Virus record (IMG/VR): IMGVR_UViG_3300037780_000034
Location: 32,001-96,000 of that record
Strand: one strand, 5' to 3'
From: a virus
Taxonomy: Duplodnaviria > Caudoviricetes
DNA: 64,000 bases
Part shown: one piece after another, positions 56,267 to 64,000 of the stretch
How positions within the stretch are numbered: position 1 is the first letter of the stretch
Layout of the letters: each line of letters starts with the position of its first letter
The notes under the pieces: model-generated
Seen by the model: only the letters and a program-made list of their open reading frames with translations
Databases searched by the model: none
What the model was told of the DNA's origin: nothing
Program-made: the position numbers and the translations under genes

Positions 56267-56767
56267 ATGAAAACATTTAAAGAATATTTAAAAGAACAAG
56301 AATTACCAGAAGAAATAAAATATGTTGCAATAATTTGCGATCAATCTACCCAAACAAAACTCATAAATTATTGTATTAAAAATAACTTTAATTTAGAAAA
56401 ATCATATGATGACGAACAGCAATCACCAGAAGATTTTGAATTTCACGTTACTATATTTTTTACAAATTCTCTGCATAAGATTGAAAATAAAGAAGAACAG
56501 TTAAATGATGTAATTTCAGCTAATCCAATTAAATTAGAAGTATTTGGTCAAAATAAAGATGTTCCTGTATTAAAAGTTGAAGGCGATGGAATATCAAAGT
56601 TGAGAAAATACTTTGAAAAAACATATAATATGACTGATGAGTGGCCAGACTTTAAACCACATATATCATTGAGTTATGATAGAAAACCATATAACGTTGA
56701 CGAAATAGAACTACCAGATTTCCCCATATACTTTGATAAGTTAGTAATAAGAAGCGGGGAAGAATAA
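56267..56767 (+). CDS. 2H phosphoesterase, T4 57B/Acb1-like (start revised to ATG 56267)
   Basis: Two HxT/S motifs (FHVTI, PHISLSY), N-terminal YVA; GGAG RBS. Confidence 0.8.
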   Translation: MKTFKEYLKEQELPEEIKYVAIICDQSTQTKLINYCIKNNFNLEKSYDDEQQSPEDFEFHVTIFFTNSLHKIENKEEQLNDVISANPIKLEVFGQNKDVPVLKVEGDGISKLRKYFEKTYNMTDEWPDFKPHISLSYDRKPYNVDEIELPDFPIYFDKLVIRSGEE

Positions 56768-57301
56768 ATGTCAAAATTAGGAAAAACAGAATATCCAAGA
56801 AGTAAAAATGAATTTTATCCAACACCAATTTCTGCATTAGAACCATTAGTTTTACATTTAGAACAGAATATTACATATTGTGAACCTTGTGCAGGAGCAA
56901 ACGATTTAGTAAAAAATCTTGCAATTTTAAGACCTGATATTAAATGTAGTATATCATTTGACATTGATCCAAGGGATAATAATATTATAAAAAAATCTGC
57001 AACAGACATAGAAAAAAGTGAAATAGATAATATAGATTATTTTATAACAAATCCTCCATTTAAGTGGGAAATGTTTGATCCAATAACAACTCATTTAATT
57101 TCATTAAAACCTACTTGGTTATTAATTCCTTCAGATTTTATGCATAATAAAAGAATGGGACCATATATGAAAAAATGCTCCAAGGTGGTGTCTGTTGGAA
57201 GAGTAAAATGGTTTTCTGATAGTAAAGCCACAAGCACTGATAATTTTTGTTGGTATCTTTTTCAAAATGAATTGACAGAAACACGTTTCTACGGAAGATA
57301 A
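56768..57301 (+). CDS. small gamma-class N6-adenine DNA methyltransferase
   Basis: EFYPTP, EPCAG, ITNPPF, W.LIP, GRVKW. Confidence 0.85.
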   Translation: MSKLGKTEYPRSKNEFYPTPISALEPLVLHLEQNITYCEPCAGANDLVKNLAILRPDIKCSISFDIDPRDNNIIKKSATDIEKSEIDNIDYFITNPPFKWEMFDPITTHLISLKPTWLLIPSDFMHNKRMGPYMKKCSKVVSVGRVKWFSDSKATSTDNFCWYLFQNELTETRFYGR

Positions 57302-57304
57302 CAG

Positions 57305-57333
57305 TTGATACGAATCGTTTGATATGCTATGGT
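57305..57333 (+). promoter_or_regulatory. sigma70-like promoter
   Basis: TTGATA-17-TATGGT. Confidence 0.55.
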
Positions 57334-57370
57334 ATTGAAAAGTATACTTTCAACTACCAAGGAATTCATA

Positions 57371-57810
57371 TGATGAGTCTGAAAAATAAAATATTATGCA
57401 ATATTGGACAACACAGATATGTATCTGTGTTAAGAACATATGATATATTCACAACACGATGGAAAGATACTGGTGAAACTACATATTGGCATGTTCATTT
57501 TTTAAAATGTAAACATTGTGGAACACGAAAGTTTGTCACTAATTATGATAGTCTAATCATACACCCTGGGATTGATTATGTAAAACACAAATGGATTGAA
57601 AACAATATTATTCCAGATTATGTTAAAAATCCAGAAAAATATTCTAAATCAAATAAACAATCTCCATCATCAAAGGAACCAGAAAATTCATTTACAAAAG
57701 ATAACAAAATAAACAAATTATTGATTAAAGCACTTGATACAAGTAGTGAGAACGAAGCAGAAAACTGTTTTAAAATGGCAAGAAAGGCATACCAAAATGC
57801 TAAAGGTTAA
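57371..57810 (+). CDS. Zn-ribbon protein with C-terminal DUF2786-like helix (start revised)
   Basis: CKHCG; KINKLLIKALDTSSENEAENCFKMARK. Confidence 0.6.
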
Positions 57811-58294
57811 GTTGCATAAATCTTGGAAAACCTATTTCAATGACAGTGATATGGATAAGATACGCGATGCTATTAAATATTCTATAAAATATCACAAAAT
57901 TGGCGAAATAAATCATACTGTTGAATTTTATTTTGTAGATGAAATTACTTCTTCAAGAAGTCTAGGTATGAATGAATTTACGGCTGGACAATTTCATTTT
58001 GGATCAGATACCAAAAGTCATATTAAAATAAAAAGTAATCGTAATATAGTAGGAATAATTATTACTATTTTTCACGAAATTACACATTTAAAACAATACT
58101 TGAAAAAAGAATTGATCAATACAGAATTTGGAATAGTTTGGAAAGGCAATACTGTTCCAAATACTGTTGATTACTATGACAAACCATACGAAGTAGATGC
58201 ACGTTCTCACGAAATAAAAATATATATAAAATGGATGCTGACAAGAGATTTCAATTTTGTTAGAAATCTGTTTAATAAAATATGGTTTAAATAA
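57797..58294 (+). CDS. zinc metallopeptidase (HExxH) (start revised)
   Basis: IFHEITHLKQY and Y..KPYEVDA. Confidence 0.75.
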   Translation: MLKVKLHKSWKTYFNDSDMDKIRDAIKYSIKYHKIGEINHTVEFYFVDEITSSRSLGMNEFTAGQFHFGSDTKSHIKIKSNRNIVGIIITIFHEITHLKQYLKKELINTEFGIVWKGNTVPNTVDYYDKPYEVDARSHEIKIYIKWMLTRDFNFVRNLFNKIWFK

Positions 58295-58442
58295 TATGCT
58301 TGAAAGAATTTTTTTAGCACTACTAATAGGTTTTTTATTAGGAATTTACTTAACTCCTAAATCTTCTTACGCTATTTGTGAAAACAATTACAAATCAAAA
58401 TCACAAATACTTGAGTGTGTATGGAACTTGGAAAATGAATAG
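58257..58442 (+). CDS. small membrane/secreted protein
   Basis: Hydrophobic N-terminus, two Cys. Confidence 0.55.
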   Translation: MLEICLIKYGLNNMLERIFLALLIGFLLGIYLTPKSSYAICENNYKSKSQILECVWNLENE

Positions 58443-58650
58443 CACAATATCAAAGCTTATAACTTTGTCTATAAGTAGCTGCACGTGCTTAACCAAAAGC
58501 CCGTTACCATCATACCACAGCATAGATTGTAAATATCGGATAACATTAGAAGTAATATCAGAAGTTGAAAACTTAATTGCAGTGAACGAAACACTAACAA
58601 AACAACTGTTGTTGGTAACAAATGAGAATAAACAAAATGTGCAACCATAA
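58435..58650 (+). CDS. small hypothetical protein
   Basis: Signal-like N-terminus with Cys; start uncertain. Confidence 0.45.
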   Translation: MNSTISKLITLSISSCTCLTKSPLPSYHSIDCKYRITLEVISEVENLIAVNETLTKQLLLVTNENKQNVQP

Positions 58651-58852
58651 TTTATACTGGGAATATAGCGATAATAGTCATATATCGGTCATATACAATA
58701 ATAAAAATTTTGCAAATTTTGAAATTTTAAATGATCAAGATTTAACTTATTTTAAAAAATGGTTTAATAACTTTTCTTCCGATATAAAAGAAAATCGAAT
58801 TAATTCTATAGATATATTTAAAAATTTACCAGATGGCAAGGTTATTCCTTAA
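58622..58852 (+). CDS. hypothetical protein
   Basis: 76 aa. Confidence 0.55.
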   Translation: MRINKMCNHNLYWEYSDNSHISVIYNNKNFANFEILNDQDLTYFKKWFNNFSSDIKENRINSIDIFKNLPDGKVIP

Positions 58853-59289
58853 TGATCAAACGAATTAAAAAATATATAGAACAAGTCAAAGAAAAAAGAT
58901 TTCTAAAAAAACACAATGTAAAAAGTTGGGAGCAATATCATAGGGTATATGATCCTGATATTAATAAAAATGAAATGATAGTTGAAAACTATTATCACGG
59001 ATATGACACTGTGATTATAATGTCAAAATATGAAAATGTAGGAGACATATTTGGAATATATCCTAAAGTTGCCAATATAGAAAAATGGTGCAAAGAAAAT
59101 GCTAATTACAAATATAGAATTGATCTTAGTCCAATATTTTATGCAAATGGAAAGCTTTCTTTCATTGACAATTGGGGAGTTGAAGAAATAATATTGGCAT
59201 TTAAAAATAACGAAGATTTTTTATTATTCATGTTAACATATGACGGAATTGAACTAAAAGGAAGAACCGATGTGGTCAAAATTAATTGA
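58852..59289 (+). CDS. hypothetical protein
   Basis: 145 aa. Confidence 0.7.
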   Translation: MIKRIKKYIEQVKEKRFLKKHNVKSWEQYHRVYDPDINKNEMIVENYYHGYDTVIIMSKYENVGDIFGIYPKVANIEKWCKENANYKYRIDLSPIFYANGKLSFIDNWGVEEIILAFKNNEDFLLFMLTYDGIELKGRTDVVKIN

Positions 59290-59878
59290 AACTCCAATTG
59301 GCTATTATGCTGAAAACATTATGCGCAGGAACAATTGTGGATACCATAACTGGGATCATATCATAGCAATGTTCAATTATCTTGAAGAAAACAATTATCC
59401 ATACGATATAGATTTGGATGCTGCAATTCTTTATCACGATAGTGTATATGATAATCAACCAGATAAAGAAATTCGTTCTAGCGAATTGTTTTATGATTAC
59501 TGCAAAATGTATCCAGATAGATTTGCCATAACTCATCAAAACACGGTTCATCTACTTATTATGGAAACCATTGACCACAGTATCAAAAAAGGTTCTGATG
59601 AAGTTAGTCGCGCAATTATACGAGCAGATTTGCACGGATTGGCAGATGGTGAAACTACTTTTATGAATTATCATAAAATTATGAATGAAAGTATACAATT
59701 ATACAATATTGATAGAAAAACTTTTGCAACCAATAATATAGAATTTATGATAAGTTTACAAGGGCGTATATCTTATAATATTATTAATGATCATAAAAAC
59801 TACGAACATTTTTGGCAAAATGTATTAAAAGGTATTGATGATACCATTACTATGTCACAAATAATATTAAGAGAATAA
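59270..59878 (+). CDS. HD-superfamily phosphohydrolase
   Basis: YHNWDHI, LYHDSVYD, E..S.ELF, ADL..L. Confidence 0.8.
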   Translation: MWSKLIETPIGYYAENIMRRNNCGYHNWDHIIAMFNYLEENNYPYDIDLDAAILYHDSVYDNQPDKEIRSSELFYDYCKMYPDRFAITHQNTVHLLIMETIDHSIKKGSDEVSRAIIRADLHGLADGETTFMNYHKIMNESIQLYNIDRKTFATNNIEFMISLQGRISYNIINDHKNYEHFWQNVLKGIDDTITMSQIILRE

Positions 59879-59893
59879 TAGAAAGGAAACATT

Positions 59894-60058
59894 ATGAAAA
59901 CACTCATTGAACTCGGACGTGAAGTAGGCTATACCCCAGCACAAGTAAGAAACATCGTAAGAAAAGAAAAATTGTTTTTGGAAATATTAGAATGCGAAAC
60001 CGTAGAAGATGTAAAAATTCTACTTATGCATTGGGTTGATCAAGGAAAAATAAAATGA
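59894..60058 (+). CDS. 54-aa hypothetical protein
   Basis: Hand-translated MKTLIELGREVGYTPAQVR...; AAGGA RBS; not in track. Confidence 0.6.
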   Translation: MKTLIELGREVGYTPAQVRNIVRKEKLFLEILECETVEDVKILLMHWVDQGKIK

Positions 60059-60225
60059 AATTAAGTGAACTTATACAGAATCTGCAAAAATTGCAAGAAC
60101 GCGATGGTGATGTAGAATTTGAGTTTGATTGGGATATAGGGACTGCTCCCATAGATCAAAAAGATATTCGTTTGACATTTGATTCATATTCAGAATCATA
60201 CTTTTTGTCTTTTCATCCAATTTGA
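60055..60225 (+). CDS. 56-aa hypothetical protein
   Basis: Hand-translated MKLSELIQNLQKLQERDGDVEF...; ATGA overlap. Confidence 0.6.
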   Translation: MKLSELIQNLQKLQERDGDVEFEFDWDIGTAPIDQKDIRLTFDSYSESYFLSFHPI

Positions 60226-60237
60226 TAGGATATCAAT

Positions 60238-61038
60238 ATGAATAAAAATTCTGATGAATTCGGTAATCGTATGAAGTTTTTTGAACGAGCATACACCGAT
60301 GTTCGTATCCCTATTAATGTGCCTCTTTGTGTTCGTATTGATGGAAAAGGTTTTAGTAAATTTACCAAAGGATTTACAAAACCTTTTGACAGCCATTTAA
60401 CACAGGCAATGATTGATACAACTAAGCATTTGGTAAAAGAAACAAATGCAAATATTGGGTATACACAATCAGATGAAATTACTCTAATATGGTTTCAACG
60501 AAGTGAAAAGCAAAATGAACATATTTTTGGAGGAAAAGTATCAAAGATAAATTCTATACTTGCAAGTATGGCATCAGCAGCTTTTAACCATTATATTGAA
60601 AAATATTCTCCAATTTTGTATGCGGGAAAAGGGTTGGCTTACTTTGATTGTCGTGCTTGGAGTGTTCCAAATGATGTTGAAGCAAGTAACGTTTTACTAT
60701 GGCGTATTCAAGATGCAAAGAAAAATAGCATATCAAGCTTATATCGTTGGACTCTTGGATATAGCACTATGCACGGGTTAAGTGGAACCCAAATGATTGA
60801 AAAATTAAAATCAAGTGGAACAGATTGGGAAAAACTATCTGCAACATATCGTTATGGTGTTTGTGTTCGTCGTAAACCTCGTATGGTTGAACTGGATAGT
60901 GAAACATTGGCAAAGATTCCAGTTGACAAACAACCTGAAAATGCTATGGTAATGAGAAATGAATACGTAGAAGAACGTGCAGATAAATTTGCTGAACGTA
61001 GTTTGAAATCTCGTGTAACCTATATAAAAGGATACTAA
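60238..61038 (+). CDS. thg1: tRNA-His guanylyltransferase / Thg1-like 3'-5' polymerase
   Basis: VRIDGKGFSKFT, KPFD, YTQSDEIT, FGGKVSK, FDCR, WRIQDA.KNSI. Confidence 0.9.
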   Translation: MNKNSDEFGNRMKFFERAYTDVRIPINVPLCVRIDGKGFSKFTKGFTKPFDSHLTQAMIDTTKHLVKETNANIGYTQSDEITLIWFQRSEKQNEHIFGGKVSKINSILASMASAAFNHYIEKYSPILYAGKGLAYFDCRAWSVPNDVEASNVLLWRIQDAKKNSISSLYRWTLGYSTMHGLSGTQMIEKLKSSGTDWEKLSATYRYGVCVRRKPRMVELDSETLAKIPVDKQPENAMVMRNEYVEERADKFAERSLKSRVTYIKGY

Positions 61039-61040
61039 CA

Positions 61041-61433
61041 ATGACTATTACTGAAAAACTAGATAGAATTCGCCGCCGTGTTCTTAACGGTTCTGCAATG
61101 GTAAACCAATATCGCTCCAGTTGGGGTGATAAATATTCTTTCAAAGAACTTGATATGGCTCTATCAAATAAAAAAGGATTTGGTTGGGAAGAAATTGAAT
61201 TGATTACCCAAAATGATTTGAAAACTGTTGATCGTCAAACTCTTTATAATTATGGGTTTGGAAATTGGGATGATAAACTAATTCTTATTCCTCTTTGGTT
61301 GGTAAATTTTATGGATCAAACAGAAGAAGTAGTTTCTATTATGGACAAAAAATCCACACTTGCCGATTGCGATAAAGACGTTCGTGGTGGATGTCTTGCA
61401 TATGGATTTTATTTGGAGAATGAAAATGGTTGA
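61041..61433 (+). CDS. hypothetical protein
   Basis: 130 aa ending RGGCLAYGFYLENENG. Confidence 0.75.
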   Translation: MTITEKLDRIRRRVLNGSAMVNQYRSSWGDKYSFKELDMALSNKKGFGWEEIELITQNDLKTVDRQTLYNYGFGNWDDKLILIPLWLVNFMDQTEEVVSIMDKKSTLADCDKDVRGGCLAYGFYLENENG

Positions 61434-61545
61434 ACCTGTAGAAATATTAAACACAACATATTGAGCGAATGATTAACCTTGGACAAGAAGTTTACGAACA
61501 CGTAAGCAATATGTACGGAGCACCATTGGGAGGACATTTAGCAGA

Positions 61546-61746
61546 ATGACCGAGCCTTTAGAAGTACACAAAGACTTTAACGAAGCTGTTGTTGAGTTTT
61601 GGCATAGCGACGAAAACCGTCCTTTTGCTAAAATACACGCAGACGAATTAAGAGTCTATGAAGATAGAATAGAAGTTTATAGCAGGGACTATTCTTATCC
61701 TATTCTCGTAGTCCGAGAGTATGGCTGGTGGAGAGAAGCAGAATGA
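61546..61746 (+). CDS. hypothetical protein inside the duplicated segment
   Basis: 66 aa; GGAGG RBS. Confidence 0.7.
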   Translation: MTEPLEVHKDFNEAVVEFWHSDENRPFAKIHADELRVYEDRIEVYSRDYSYPILVVREYGWWREAE

Positions 61747-61970
61747 AAGTTAATATTAAACCACAACAAATTATTCCTGCTAGTTACAGTATTCGTTTCG
61801 ATGAAGACCGTGATTATGCTGGATACATTGTTCAAACACAACCGTATGAAGATCGGTTGAGACCCGACATTGAATCTTGGTTAAACACAAACGCTATAGG
61901 TTAGAGTGTAAATTTTGATCGTGGTGGATGTCTTGCATATGGATTTTATTTGGAGAATGAAAATGGTTGA
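61743..61970 (+). pseudogene. chimeric ORF interrupted by an in-frame TAG
   Basis: MKVNIKPQ...NAIG, TAG at 61902-61904, then SVNFDRGGCLAYGFYLENENG and stop. Confidence 0.5.
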
Positions 61971-62448
61971 ACCTGTAGAAATAGTAAACACAAAGTATCT
62001 TTCCAAAGACGGTAAGATGTATGACACCTATGAAAAAGCAGAAACTGCCGACAAAGAATTTGAGCAAAAAAACAGCTTTGATCCTGCAAAGGAAGTTGCC
62101 AGATTGGAAAAAATGACCGAAATTAATTTTTCACGAATTCAGAAACAAATTGACAATGGAAAAGATGCGTTTCCTTCATTCTGGATGACTGAACAAAAGT
62201 ATGGGCAAGACTATTACATGTGTAGCAATTTTTCAGATATGGAAGAAATGGGATGGTCTGCATTTCTTATGTGGTATGACTATTATATTTGTCACGACGA
62301 TGAAACCGTTTCTGTTGTAGAAGCAATTAAATTAACAGAAAACAAAAAAGCAGCACTTGCATTTGTTCTAGATCGTGTTTCACAGGGTTACGAGTATGAA
62401 AGACTGGAAAAAATCGCAATGATAAGATTTGGTGATAAAAATGGATAA
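61963..62448 (+). CDS. hypothetical protein (start revised to ATG 61963)
   Basis: GGAG RBS; a truncated copy of its start sits at 61426. Confidence 0.75.
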   Translation: MVEPVEIVNTKYLSKDGKMYDTYEKAETADKEFEQKNSFDPAKEVARLEKMTEINFSRIQKQIDNGKDAFPSFWMTEQKYGQDYYMCSNFSDMEEMGWSAFLMWYDYYICHDDETVSVVEAIKLTENKKAALAFVLDRVSQGYEYERLEKIAMIRFGDKNG

Positions 62449-62605
62449 AGATCAAATTATTGAATGGCTTTATGATAATCTTACATTAGAATCTAAAACA
62501 ATATATGATTCTTATGGTAATACAACGGGCTGTGAAATTAAGATTGAGATTTACCATAACAAAGAAAACCTAACATTAACACAAACTGAAATATATTTTA
62601 ATTAA
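62441..62605 (+). CDS. 54-aa hypothetical protein
   Basis: Hand-translated MDKDQIIEWLYDNL...; not in track. Confidence 0.55.
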   Translation: MDKDQIIEWLYDNLTLESKTIYDSYGNTTGCEIKIEIYHNKENLTLTQTEIYFN

Positions 62606-62636
62606 AGAATAATACATCAACTAAAGGAGCTTTAGT

Positions 62637-63557
62637 ATGAAAAAAATTTATCTTTGCGGACCAACCCTATACTCTGATATTCATATCGGGAACGCTAGAA
62701 GTATGGTTCTGTTTGATGTAATTTCAGAATATTATCGTAGAACAGAAGGCGTCATTTATATTAGAAATATTACTGATGTAGATGATAAAATCATATCTTT
62801 AGCAGGAGAACAACACCCCGCAGAATGGGTTAATGAAAATACATTAAAATCATTCGTTGATGCAAAAAAATTTCTTAGTCTAAAAGACCCAGATTACGAA
62901 CCTCGTGCATCAAACTTTATTGATGATATGATTTTGTATATACAAAATTTAGAAAAAAAGGGTTATACGTTTTCTCTTGAAGACGGTATATATCTTGATA
63001 TTACTAAAGTAGATTATCCTACAAAAATTTCAAATCGTCCTGTTGGATCAAAACAAGATTCATTTGCTATTTGGAAATTTACAGATGTTGGATATACTTG
63101 GGATAGTCCGTGGGGCAAAGGTCGCCCTGGCTGGCATACCGAATGTGCAGTAATGATTGATAAATTATTAGGAAAAGTAGATTTACATGGTGGAGGAAAT
63201 GATTTACTATTCCCACATCACGAAAATGAAAATATTCAATGCCGGTGCACTAATGGTCACGATATTTCTGTTAATTGGCTACACGTAGGATTTGTAAAAG
63301 TCAATAATGAAAAAATGTCTAAAAGTGCAGGAAATGTTATAACAGTAAAACAATTGGAAAAAGATTGGAGTAGTGAAGCAATTCGTGTATTTTTGTTGAT
63401 GGCTTCTTATTCTAAGCCTATTGATTTTACTATGGCAAGAATGAAGGAAGCCGAAACTATATCAATTAGAAGACCAGAAGCTGCTTGGTTGACAACAGAA
63501 GAATGGTCTGATAAAATGCTAAAAAAGTTAGAAAACAACTTCGATACCAGACTGTAG
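62637..63557 (+). CDS. cysS: cysteinyl-tRNA synthetase-like protein, catalytic domain only
   Basis: CGPT, HIGN, NITDVDDKII, SPWGKGRPGWHTEC, HGGG.DL.FPHHENE, KMSKS; ends at ...NNFDTRL. Confidence 0.85.
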   Translation: MKKIYLCGPTLYSDIHIGNARSMVLFDVISEYYRRTEGVIYIRNITDVDDKIISLAGEQHPAEWVNENTLKSFVDAKKFLSLKDPDYEPRASNFIDDMILYIQNLEKKGYTFSLEDGIYLDITKVDYPTKISNRPVGSKQDSFAIWKFTDVGYTWDSPWGKGRPGWHTECAVMIDKLLGKVDLHGGGNDLLFPHHENENIQCRCTNGHDISVNWLHVGFVKVNNEKMSKSAGNVITVKQLEKDWSSEAIRVFLLMASYSKPIDFTMARMKEAETISIRRPEAAWLTTEEWSDKMLKKLENNFDTRL

Positions 63558-63606
63558 AAAAGTGACAGAACAAAATAAACACAAAATCAACTAAAGGAGT
63601 TTTAGG

Positions 63607-64000
63607 ATGGAAATTATTAACGAAGTAATTACATATTTCTCAGGAACTTGGGGAATGGTAGAATTAGCAGGAACTATTTTTAGTTTAATCTGCGTATATC
63701 TTGCAACAAAACATAATCAATGGACTTGGTTCTTTGGTGCATTGGGAGTCATTCTATTTGGTGCACTGTTTTATGAGTATAAACTGTATAGTGATGCAGT
63801 ATTGCAAATTTTATTCTTTTTACCCTTACAGGTTTGGGGATTTATGAAATGGCGCGATCTTGCAAATGAATCTGCAAATGATACCGTAACATTGTCACTA
63901 CAACCAAAAACAATAGCCATTATTATAGGATCAATACTTACATTAACTTTGATTAATGGATATGGTATGGCTACATACACAGATGCAAGTTTTCCATATG
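63607..64000 (+). CDS. pnuC: nicotinamide riboside transporter PnuC (partial, runs off window edge)
   Basis: Hand-translated VELAGTIFSLICVYLATKHNQWTWFFG..LYSDAVLQ....VWGF.KW...TDASFPY. Confidence 0.85.
   Translation, partial: MEIINEVITYFSGTWGMVELAGTIFSLICVYLATKHNQWTWFFGALGVILFGALFYEYKLYSDAVLQILFFLPLQVWGFMKWRDLANESANDTVTLSLQPKTIAIIIGSILTLTLINGYGMATYTDASFPY

Larger units (their letters stand above)
61382..61993 (+). repeat. 75-nt direct repeat (61382-61456 / 61919-61993) flanking a 537-nt unit
   Basis: 65 nt identical, one mismatch, then 9 nt identical. Confidence 0.95.

Noticed and set aside
61902-61904. Genome-wide TAG recoding
   Set aside because: Conserved genes are intact in the standard code and TAG ends some genes (e.g. 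glutaredoxin, 39937). The single in-frame TAG is better explained as a local mutation.
1-64000. tRNA or rRNA genes
   Set aside because: I saw no T-loop/D-loop cloverleaf or rRNA signature, and intergenic spaces are short. A tRNAscan-SE run would be needed to confirm.

Overview
This window is a 64-kb slice of an AT-rich, T4-like (RAK2/GAP32-type gene order) jumbo myophage genome. It reads cleanly in the standard genetic code. I found no tRNA, rRNA or CRISPR array. The left ~7.6 kb is a leftward, sigma70-driven accessory block: tandem HRxDGPA-repeat proteins, a nucleotidyltransferase, an R2K-type ATP-grasp enzyme and a DRB0094-type RNA ligase. From 7.7 to about 45 kb lies a rightward core. It holds tail tube, head-completion nuclease, terminase, gp32 SSB, UvsX/Y/W, clamp-loader small subunit, a 197-aa miniature DnaE, primase, helicase, two free-standing Hef-like endonucleases, an exonuclease, a class Id RNR with the ATP-cone on the beta subunit, glutaredoxin and PAAR/baseplate proteins. 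From 45 kb onward is a dense host-takeover and counter-defence region: bS21, GMP reductase, Hsp20 behind a ROSE-like thermometer, ClpS, short TilS, a Mesh1-like hydrolase, DNA ligase, a split Rnl1 RNA ligase, a Ro/vWA protein, a PvuII-like endonuclease paired with a methyltransferase, an Acb1-like 2H phosphodiesterase with a capsid-targeting-like N-terminus, Thg1, an anticodon-domain-less CysRS and PnuC. All calls come from motif recognition by eye; no database search was run. A proteobacterial (possibly alpha) host is inferred, not shown.
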